A stretch of DNA of 64,000 nt, from positions 1 to 64,000 of IMG/VR virus record IMGVR_UViG_3300044797_000098. One strand, written 5' to 3'. The position numbers and the translations under genes are program-made. Positions 42,452 through 51,211 of the stretch are shown here, one piece after another. The notes under the pieces are model-generated. The model saw nothing but the letters and a program-made list of their open reading frames with translations, was not told the origin of the DNA and searched no databases. How positions within the stretch are numbered: the first letter of the stretch is position 1; each line of letters begins with the position of its first letter.

Positions 42452-43519
42452 CTTACAGGCTCCTTGTCAGGTTCAATAATGCGAATGCTGCGCGCATTAT
42501 CTGACAGTTCGGGATAGTTTCACTTATTGGGAACACCTCATCCCCAACGTAGATCCTTGCGTCTTTTTGATTCTTACTCCAAGCGCTACCATCCCAATAC
42601 TGCCATGGCATACCTTGTGTCAGGATGACATACTCGGTAGTATTCGCTGGGCGTTTGCCTCTTGCAGTCTTACGGTTCGTCATCTTTATAGGCTCCTTTC
42701 GGTAATCTGCCCGACTTGTCCCATCATTGCATGCGCGTAGGCGTTCGCAAGTAGGGGTTCGAGATACATTCCAATAGCAATGCCACATACGAATACAATG
42801 AAGGTTTTCACTTGATGATCCCCTTTGCCACGGAAAATGGTGCGTTGTAAGTGATTGTGCTGCACTTGTCGCAGTCGTGCGCATACTTGGGCTTACCAAC
42901 GCTTTTCATCTTACCCTCTCCAACGTCATATTACATTCCCCTTCTTTGGAGTGCCTCTCCCATCATTATGATTGCATGTAGGAGAATTGCGGTTTCTTGG
43001 ATACGTTGTCGGAGGTTATCAATCTCCGGATTAGTTGGAAGTGTCTGCGTTGCATTGTAGTTCTCCCTATTGAAACAACCTACCACCGATTCGACGTGGT
43101 GGGATGTGTGATGTTTGACGCACAATGAGATTGCTGCTGTCAATGTATGCGTCTTTTCCACCAGTACGCCTGTATGCGCCAACGGCAACGGGAGCGCCTC
43201 TTGAACGCTTATTGTTTCCGGCGGGGTTCAATCCTAATGCCGTTTGCTGAGCCGTAATTGGCTTGTGGCTCGTTTTTGACGCATCAAGGAAGTTTAGCGC
43301 CAAGTCAATGAAAGTCGTTTTATAGAGGCAATTAGACGCATCCGTTGGCGCGGTCTCGGAAAGAACAACATCACCCGTAGTCGTATCTTTGATTATGTAG
43401 AACCACATTGTCGTACCTTTGTGATATTGGGGAGATAGTTCCCCACCCCCGTATCCAAACACCTACATGCTTAGACACGGGAGTAGAACCTTATCTCTTT
43501 ACTTACAGAGACTTACTTT

Positions 43520-43825
43520 TCACGCATCGGAATCGAGGTCGAGCACTTCCACGGCCTTCTTGGCGGTCTTCTCCGACTTCGGAGCATACCCACGCAGGAA
43601 GTTGCTGTTTCCCGACTTGCCCCCACCAACTACGGGCGTTAAGGTTTTTCCTTCCGCCTTGAAGTTAGTGGTACCCTCGGGCAGACTTGACGACATCGTG
43701 GCGACAAGCTCGCCCATCTCCGTACCAATGGCGTCGATCTCCGACTCCAATTCAGCTCGGCGATCGGCAAGCGACTTGTAAGCATTGAACGCGGTCTTAA
43801 GGGCAATGACGTTGACAGTAGACAT
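43520..43825 (-). CDS. Coiled-coil hypothetical protein (start MSTVNV), downstream of a hammerhead
   Basis: Paralog of 10520..10795. Confidence 0.65.
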   Translation of the reverse strand: MSTVNVIALKTAFNAYKSLADRRAELESEIDAIGTEMGELVATMSSSLPEGTTNFKAEGKTLTPVVGGGKSGNSNFLRGYAPKSEKTAKKAVEVLDLDSDA

Positions 43826-43865
43826 GTGTGTATCCAACTTTCTTGTATGACGTTTCAAGACAACT

Positions 43866-43929
43866 GGTCTCATCAGGACGTGAATTATTACACGTCTACG
43901 CATATGCTTTTGACATATGCGTTTCGACC
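43866..43929 (-). ncRNA. Hammerhead ribozyme, type II (HHR-1)
   Basis: GGUC-GAAA-CGCAUAUG..CAUAUGCG-UA|GACGUG..CACGUC-CUGAUGA-GACC: complete core and three stems. Confidence 0.92.
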
Positions 43930-43937
43930 TTGAAAGT

Positions 43938-43965
43938 GTTATAGCAAGCGTTTAGATTCGTGCAA
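43938..43965 (-). promoter_or_regulatory. Sigma70-like promoter directly upstream of HHR-1
   Basis: TTGCAC-16 nt-TATAAC with an extended -10 TG. Confidence 0.55.
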
Positions 43966-43972
43966 GCAGTTT

Positions 43973-44374
43973 TTAGATGGCTCGCGAACGATACCGTCCG
44001 CACGCAACGTTATCCCACAACTTCTCCACCTTCACACCATAAGCGCCATTGCCGGTATTGTGTCTAGAAAGCAATGACACAATGTAGTTAGGCGAGTATC
44101 TTCCAGCGAAGTGTTTGATTAGATCTTGCGGAGTGGTATAACTGATACCCTGGCTTTCACGTGCACACATGAAAGCGTGCATCTCCTTCTCAACTGCCTT
44201 AGGAGGACTCATGTCAGAGACGTTCACATTCGGAAACGTTTCCTCCTGTTCTACCACATTAGCCACCGACACCTTACTCGTGCCAATACTCTGGATGAAG
44301 GTACGAGCAAGATCCTTATGCCCACCACTGAGGAGAAGAGTAAGAATCTGTAGGTTTGCGTCGTTGAGATTCAT
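43973..44374 (-). CDS. Hypothetical protein, possibly winged-helix
   Basis: 133 aa; C-terminus TTPQDL...YIVSLLSR...GRY. Confidence 0.5.
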   Translation of the reverse strand: MNLNDANLQILTLLLSGGHKDLARTFIQSIGTSKVSVANVVEQEETFPNVNVSDMSPPKAVEKEMHAFMCARESQGISYTTPQDLIKHFAGRYSPNYIVSLLSRHNTGNGAYGVKVEKLWDNVACGRYRSRAI

Positions 44375-44412
44375 TGGTATGTGTGTCCTTGTATGTTGTT
44401 CGTTGTATATTG

Positions 44413-44467
44413 GGTTTCAATACCCACGACAATACCTCACATGAGATATTGTCATAGAGACGGAAAC
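44413..44467 (-). repeat. 55-nt intergenic hairpin, copy 2
   Basis: Near-identical to 41830-41884. Confidence 0.85.
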
Positions 44468-45542
44468 CTTTCCCTTACAGCGTATGCGTATACCTTCCAA
44501 CATCCTTCACATACTCACTAATCGTATACGCACGCACATTGCTTTCGCCTAACTCCTTTGTCCAGAAACTGATTACCTTATCCAAGGTATGACCACTGTT
44601 GTCATGAACGGTGCTATTCAGCACCGAATGTGCTCCGTTCTCCTCAACATCACACACAAGCGTATGATGGCATCCGTTGAACCGATCCCAATATATCGTC
44701 GCTACTGTTCGCATATGATATCCTCTTCTCCCACAATGTCGTATGACTCGATTATGTCGTTATCAGATAGAGCAAACGCAACGGCGTCTCTCCAATCTGC
44801 AACTACGGAATCCTCCTTCACTTTCGCATCTTGTAAGTTTAGGAGCCTAAGATGCAACAACATCATATCAGATGCTACATCCTGCGCTTTCTCCCACGCT
44901 TCCAACGTTCGCTTACAAGGGTTCTCCTTGTAGGTTTGCATGTATGCTTGCACGCGAAGCCTGCTTACTTCCAAGGCTTCAAGCGTCGTTTGACCCGTGT
45001 GTAGTGTGATAGCATTCATTGGCTCACCAGCCAATAGCAGAGAAACAACCAGCCACCCCATGCACACACATGAGGCGCGTAGTATGCAATCTTGGAATAC
45101 ATTGTGATCCTTTCGGGCAATGACTGAATTACCCAACAATATCCTACACATACGTATGCATAGGATATTAGTAGATACGTCAGTTCTTACTTACACCGTC
45201 TCCCAGCGCACATCCTTGACCCTCTGTTGTAGGCTGGTATCGTACATGTACGCCTCTTCGTCTTGGCTCCAATCGGTCAATTGTAGGAGACGTGGAAGAG
45301 CTTTGCGCGCTTGTGCGAGCTTGGGATACTGCTTATCAATACTCCTACCCGACATGACGTGTGTGATGGCATACCCCGGCTTATTGAACGCGCGGGTTAT
45401 GATGAGATGTCGCATCTTGGAGTACCGTGTGGTCTTTTCCCACACGAATTCCCCGCTGTCGGACTTCTCGTTAGTGATCACGGTAAAGGTGAGAGGGCGT
45501 CGTTTCATGTAGGTTTCTCCGTGTTGTGCATTCGTTGTGCAT

Positions 45543-45648
45543 GGTCTCATCAAGCGAGACTTACAGTCTCGCCCAATGCCTACCTTTCGGTAGTCATCAG
45601 TTAGGGCATAACCCTAATACATACAGGGACTTACCTGTATGTTTCGAC
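45543..45648 (-). ncRNA. Hammerhead ribozyme, type II, interrupted by a 47-nt insert (HHR-2)
   Basis: GGUC-GAAA-CAUACAGG..CCUGUAUG-UA|UUAGGG..CCCUAA-CUGAUGA-[insert]-UGAUGA-GACC. Confidence 0.7.
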
Positions 45649-45662
45649 CTTGTCTTGTAGTA

Positions 45663-46211
45663 TTAGAGCGTGACGGGGATGGTAATGTGCGACACCGCCT
45701 TCCGTGCGATTGACCGACCGTCAATCTTGAACCCTAGATCCTGTAGTTTTTTCACCTGCACGGCAGTATTGCTCGTTTCGAGAATACCTTGTAGGTCATT
45801 CACCGACACCTTGATACTCGAATCGAAGGCACCCATACGCGCCTTCAAGCTCGCAGAAAGACCGTCATACTCCGCCTTTTCCTTACGAAGTGCAATGATG
45901 TGGGTTTCGAGCACAACGTTGAGTGCTTGTCGCACCTTCTGCTCGGCTTCATTCTTCGCGCGTTGCTGTACCGTTGCAAGTGCGTTGATTGCCCGCACAC
46001 ACACCGTCCCGATGTCGTCGAATGTAAGCTTGTCGAACGATGGGTTAAGATTGCCACCTTTCCCCGCATCCCAGCACAAGGCATGCAATGCGCGGAAGTG
46101 TGCGGTAATCTCCGCGATCTGCTCACCGTTGAACTGTTTCGGCGCTTTCTTTTCTTCCTTTTCGGCAGAGGGAACGACAGTGGCAACCGTGGTGGTATTG
46201 TTCGTGGTCAT
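45663..46211 (-). CDS. Hypothetical helical protein (likely start MTTNNT)
   Basis: GGAG RBS before MTT; coiled-coil composition. Confidence 0.65.
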   Translation of the reverse strand: MTTNNTTTVATVVPSAEKEEKKAPKQFNGEQIAEITAHFRALHALCWDAGKGGNLNPSFDKLTFDDIGTVCVRAINALATVQQRAKNEAEQKVRQALNVVLETHIIALRKEKAEYDGLSASLKARMGAFDSSIKVSVNDLQGILETSNTAVQVKKLQDLGFKIDGRSIARKAVSHITIPVTL

Positions 46212-46500
46212 GTGAGTGTATCTCCTATGTTGTGTTGTTTGACTTTCGAGCTTATTGCCCGACAATGTATGCAAGACTATGATCTTACACACATTAGCAG
46301 ACACTCAAGCCTTACAGGATGAAGTTCTTTTCAGTGTATTCTTTCGTCTTAGCTCGTTTCCCGCTAAGTCTCTTGGTAGCCTTGCTGCTCATTCCTACCC
46401 TATGCGTCATATGGTAGCGGATATCCCGTATCTGCTTACTTGTGAGCGTTTTGCACTTATCGCATAGACAATTGCTTGATTGTAGGATTAGACACTTCAT

Positions 46501-46629
46501 TCATCCACCCTTGTGCAGCCATCGGCTACTTGTAAACGTATGCCGTAGTTTCTTGCTCGGGCGCACACCACCTTTCCAGTGTGCTACATGTGCTCTCTTG
46601 AAGGTTAGCCGTTTCTTCTTTATCACCAT
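46501..46629 (-). CDS. 42-aa basic peptide (not in ORF track)
   Basis: MVIKKKRLTFKRAHVAHWKGGVRPSKKLRHTFTSSRWLHKGG; SD GAGGAG 7 nt upstream; stop abuts the next ATG. Confidence 0.55.
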   Translation of the reverse strand: MVIKKKRLTFKRAHVAHWKGGVRPSKKLRHTFTSSRWLHKGG

Positions 46630-46633
46630 TCCC

Positions 46634-46695
46634 GATCTCCTCAGTGTGCGCCTAACGCACATACCGCCCTAACAGTGTTAGGAGCGGTTTCGATC
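46634..46695 (-). ncRNA. Hammerhead ribozyme, type II (HHR-3)
   Basis: GAUC-GAAA-CCGC..GCGG-UA|UGUGCG..CGCACA-CUGAGGA-GAUC. Confidence 0.88.
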
Positions 46696-46869
46696 TTGCC
46701 GACATTGTTAGCGTCTAGCCGGTATAGGCTACTTGTGATAGCCGTATGGTATAGTATTAGATTGTGGTATTATCTGCTTTCTTTGCACTCGCGCCTAGCG
46801 TTTCTTACTTCCCTATCTCGTCGCGCTTTGGCTTACAATATCACTTTCCGCTATCAGAGCCGATAATGT

Positions 46870-47328
46870 AGTCTAGTTGCTTCCCTTGGGAATACAACGA
46901 CAACATTGTGGCATAAGCGGGGACCATGTAAGACAATCGCCGAACCGTAGAATTAACCTTCTAGGTGCGATATGTCGTATCGTTAGAATAGAGACTGTCT
47001 ACTAGGTACACTTCCGATATTAGCGACTTTGCCTTACCTATCTTACCTACAGCGACTAGACCTTACAAGGTCATACCCCAAGGGGTATTGGTCGGCACTG
47101 TAGCGGGATAAGGCTTTCAGACTGCTTGCCAGTCTTCGCCCTGCTAAAACGGGTATTCCGTCGTATGCTCTACCTTAGGCGACATGTGGCAGACCCACAC
47201 CGTTCTAAGGTTTCTAACGCTAGTGTAGGAGCTACCTACTTGTTCCGTTTCCCCACTAGCTACTGCGGGGTGCTATCTAGAGAGAACGGCGGGCGGTTGA
47301 ATTACTTTAGGCCTCGCGGGGCTTTTTT
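46870..47328 (+). ncRNA. Candidate structured non-coding RNA
   Basis: Nested stems ending in a perfect Y junction (47031-47114), further hairpins, and a terminator-like end. Confidence 0.45.
47311..47328 (+). terminator. Putative intrinsic terminator
   Basis: GCCTCGCGGGGC followed by TTTTTT. Confidence 0.45.
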
Positions 47329-47419
47329 CTTCGCCCCTACCGTTCCGCTCTCGACAGATAGACTATATTGCAGACGTTGTGCCATGGCATATGGATCGGA
47401 TAAGTATATGATATTATTG

Positions 47420-48470
47420 ATGTAGGGAAAAGACTTAGTATGATCTTGCTGTCTCGGTTTTAAGAAAAACCAATGAGATCATAACGTTGGACGATCATAG
47501 GGTATGCAAAGATTGCGGTGTGATAATGTGGGATAGTGTTGCTTCGGTCTAGGAAGCGTTCGGAGCGCTCGGGATATCTCGGCAAGGGTAGCAGGGGGAA
47601 AACGCTTCCTAGCTGGCACCTAGCGCCAGCAAACGGCAATGCTCGAAGGCAGGGTGCGGGCGCTCGACGTTGGCTGGAATGTAGTTGCTGGTAGGGAGCT
47701 CCGTCAGGATGTAGTACAATGTAGGGAAAGGTGGGTGGTTCCGTTCTTGCAATGATGCACAAGTTATGCCAAGTCGACGGCTCGTTTCTTGCAATAGGTT
47801 CAGGTGGGATAACGGAATACATACGATACAGACTTCCCTACATACTGAACGGTTGGCACTGGCTGAACCGTTGAACGTATAGTGTAGGGTGAGCAGTGTC
47901 GTATGTAGGAGATCAGTGGATGATGTAGTATGATTGTTGCGAGGTCAAGTATAGGTCAAGTGCTTATCACGTATTGGTCAACAACAACTCACTGATAACG
48001 CAATGTAGGATAACAGGAGAGATGTAGCCGTCTCAACACCATTGGATTACCTGAACAAGATGTAGGAGAATAGGGAGAAAGGTAGGTAGAGGTAGGGAGG
48101 AATTACAGCGATACGGTTGGCACGGTTCTTGGGGGTTGGCGGGAAAGGTAGCCAGAGGTGGGATGAATGCTGACAGGGGAAAGGTGGGATGATGTGAGAT
48201 GTTCAGGTGGTGTGATGTAGGGGAGACGGGGAGATGTGGCAGCTTGGTGCCTAGTGTAGGGGGAACGCAGGGCGTATAGCCGGAGTAGCGGGTTGGAAGA
48301 CAATGTATGATATGTAGTGAAAAGAAAGGAAATGTAGTGGAATGTAGAATGATGTAATAGTTGTAAAGAAGTGGAATGAAATGGAGGGAAAGGTGGGAGA
48401 CGGTGGGAGGAATGGAGGGGATGTGGTGAGGTATCGCGTAAGGTGTGGCGGTGTGGGGTAATGTGGGCCT
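47420..48470. other. Purine/G-skewed non-coding tract at the GC-content junction
   Basis: 50 of 60 bases are purines at 48361-48420; 11 co-oriented GTAGG. Confidence 0.7.
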
Positions 48471-48845
48471 CGTTAAATAATAGAACGGTACCAAAACGAA
48501 TCAATACAATACTATCAAACGGTAGCAAACAATATAAAACAAAATAATCTGAATACAACATCAAACAATAGCAACAATTAATAATAACCAATAAAACGGT
48601 TGTAATAAATATAACAACTACATCAATAACAATAGTTTATCTAATCGTTCCTCTGTTATATCCTCTGGCAATAAATAATCAAGAAATACACTAGGCTTGT
48701 CATCATCAGCATATTCAATAAGGGTTGATTTACTATCAATAAACGATGTAATGCAACTATCGAATTCAGCAACTGCGATTGAATCATTATATAATATATC
48801 CTGTACTATATGTAATGGTATATTAGTTAAATATATCTTTATCAA

Positions 48846-49214
48846 TCATTTTGATGCCCAGTTCTTATATACCAAAATTACCCATTCTTTAAACTCTTTT
48901 ATTGTTTTATTATGTTTAGCATAATTACAAAACTTACAACAAGGAACAAGATTGCTCTTTGTATGTGGTAAATTGCTATCCACTCTATCTAATCCATTAT
49001 ATATAAATGTCCCATTAGATCTTGAATTTTCCGATGATTCTGAACTTGAAAGAAACTTGTTGTACTTTTGTTTTGGTTTAATTCCACAATAATAACATTG
49101 TTGTTGAGACAGAGTATAAAAATCATCAAAAGACAAATCATCATCTTTATATCTATCATAATAGATCTTTTTTGCACTAGAAATAATAGGTGAAAATACC
49201 TTTTTCTTTACCAT
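48846..49214 (-). CDS. HNH-type endonuclease
   Basis: CYYCG...GLDRVDS...H..SN.VPCCKFCN. Confidence 0.75.
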   Translation of the reverse strand: MVKKKVFSPIISSAKKIYYDRYKDDDLSFDDFYTLSQQQCYYCGIKPKQKYNKFLSSSESSENSRSNGTFIYNGLDRVDSNLPHTKSNLVPCCKFCNYAKHNKTIKEFKEWVILVYKNWASK

Positions 49215-49296
49215 AAATACCCTTAAATTGTTAAAATTATTAGAATGGTACCAAAATAATACGATTGGATCTCTATTATTCTTTAATATAAAAACC

Positions 49297-49953
49297 CTAT
49301 AATCCCACAGCCTTAGAAAACTCTGCCACAGCCTTACGATATTTATTGGGATTATATTGCTTTAATACATTAAACATATTCTTCATATTTAACATATCAG
49401 TTGCAGGACTAGATTGATCGATGATATTATCCCACTCCATAGCTTTCTGTTCTTTGGTTTTAAGAGATTTAGTTTTAATATTATTTTTAAAAATTGGTAT
49501 AATTTTTTGTTCCATTAAATCAAAAAACCTTTGCACCGGAACATGTCTTACCCAAGATAACATATAATCTCTATGAAGGGAAACCGGTATAAATTTTTTA
49601 TATCTATTAAAATCATTAACCGAATCCGTAAGATTAGTATAGAACTCATGATCATCAAGAACATGCGCTTCATTGGAAACTCCAACATTACTATAATTTT
49701 CTTGATCATATTCTAAATCACGAATTTTATTGGATGGTAATCCACCATGCTTACCAGTAATATGTTTTATGAATGATTGCATAAAATGTTGCAACTCATG
49801 TCTCGCAATATCTTTTATATTTTCAATCGTATATTGTAAAATTTCCAATGTTCTGGCTAACTGGAAGTTCTTTTTGATATCTGCCTTGATTATTATCCTG
49901 CCAATTACGAACTCATTCTTAGCATTGGTAACTCTTGGCCACTCCTGCCACAT
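49297..49953 (-). CDS. Hypothetical protein
   Basis: 218 aa AT-rich ORF. Confidence 0.65.
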   Translation of the reverse strand: MWQEWPRVTNAKNEFVIGRIIIKADIKKNFQLARTLEILQYTIENIKDIARHELQHFMQSFIKHITGKHGGLPSNKIRDLEYDQENYSNVGVSNEAHVLDDHEFYTNLTDSVNDFNRYKKFIPVSLHRDYMLSWVRHVPVQRFFDLMEQKIIPIFKNNIKTKSLKTKEQKAMEWDNIIDQSSPATDMLNMKNMFNVLKQYNPNKYRKAVAEFSKAVGL

Positions 49954-50230
49954 CCCACCCCAATTGAGATCTTTTGTAAGTTAAATCAGTAACATAATTG
50001 TGTTATATAAATTAATATATTGGGGGAAATGATATAAAATTGCGATATGGCAGTATTCTATTTTATCATTATATTTAGAAGATAAGCATTTCATAATATA
50101 AGACTTAATTTGTGAATTGGAATGACAATAAGATATTTCATCCGTTGATAGAATAATATAACACGTTGCTGAATAGGGATTGTTATAGAGAGCAGTATTA
50201 GCGTCGTTGAGCCAGCATGAATTACAGGGT

Positions 50231-50953
50231 TTAGACGGACTGAAGTCCTTGCAAGTTTTCATTATTGTATTGGTTAAATACTTTAATGAATGCTAGACTA
50301 ATAGTAAGGAGTTTCTTTTTATTAGATTTGGATAACTTGAAATTGTTATCTTGGAGGAAAGGCATGCCTGTTGCGAGATAGGCTTGAATCTCATCTGTAT
50401 ATACTTTTGGCGTATAACCTTTGGTTTTTAACCAATGTGTGATTGATAATTTAATATCTTTTGGAATAGATTTTACGAGAGAAATCATAGCAGATTTATA
50501 GATCTTATTCGTATAGAAAAATCCGTGAGCCAACTCATGATTTATAGTTATATTATCTTTTTTTATGGAACCAATAAGATAAAAATCTTGGGAGGATTTT
50601 TTACAATGTTTATAGATATTAAGCAATTCATAATCATATATATTACGATCTGGAATCATAAGATTATGAACTTTTGGAATTATATCACCCGGAATATTAA
50701 ATCCATTCCAATCAGATGGATATGTAAATGATCCATTACCATATTTTTTTGAATACCAGCGCATAAAAGAAAGAATCGTGAAAGATTTATTGCGAAACTT
50801 CGGAGAGGACGATTCATAAAACTCTTGATAACGAAGAAAATACATGCAAAGATCATAACGATCTTGAAATGTTAAATGAAATATATTTGGTTTAATTTCT
50901 TTTAAGGTGTAATTTGCGGTTTTCATATCAGGACAATTACCTTTTCTAACCAT
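50231..50953 (-). CDS. Hypothetical protein with HExxH motif
   Basis: INHELAHGFF. Confidence 0.6.
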   Translation of the reverse strand: MVRKGNCPDMKTANYTLKEIKPNIFHLTFQDRYDLCMYFLRYQEFYESSSPKFRNKSFTILSFMRWYSKKYGNGSFTYPSDWNGFNIPGDIIPKVHNLMIPDRNIYDYELLNIYKHCKKSSQDFYLIGSIKKDNITINHELAHGFFYTNKIYKSAMISLVKSIPKDIKLSITHWLKTKGYTPKVYTDEIQAYLATGMPFLQDNNFKLSKSNKKKLLTISLAFIKVFNQYNNENLQGLQSV

Positions 50954-51211
50954 TCTATGTATTCTGGATAATATAATTTTATTGCTTCTTTTAGATATAT
51001 GAAATAATCACCTTCGAATCCCTCGGTTTTTATTATGGTTTTAATATAACTTTTCATATTATTTTTATCTTTTAAATCGAACTCATCCTTCCACCATTCA
51101 ATCCAGCATTTAGATTGAACCAGAGTGGATATGTCATGGTTTTTTTGCCATGTACATACGAAACATAATGGTATATTTAAAGATTTACAAAACATTGTTA
51201 TATATTAGTGT

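Noticed and set aside
88-46186. Numerous plus-strand ORFs antisense to the early genes
   Set aside because: Shadow ORFs without RBS or motifs; only the two plus-strand tnpB genes and 18802..19134 are supported on that strand
12189-46698. The variant CRISPR repeat ends AAGATCGAAAC, the same as the start of HHR-3
   Set aside because: The array has no CUGANGA core or stem I; the 11-nt overlap is best explained by chance plus the GAAAC constraint
1-46700. TnpA (Y1 or serine) transposase or cas1/cas2/cas4 genes
   Set aside because: No ORF with HUH/Y1, resolvase or Cas1/Cas2 motifs was recognised
48376-48390. 9-nt match (GAAATGGAG) to the sequence following the terminal repeat
   Set aside because: No TTN PAM, short, and in a low-complexity purine tract
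47460-48591. ORFs of 61-162 aa in the ORF track
   Set aside because: Low-complexity Pro/His/Thr/Leu readings of the purine-skewed tract, with no RBS or motif
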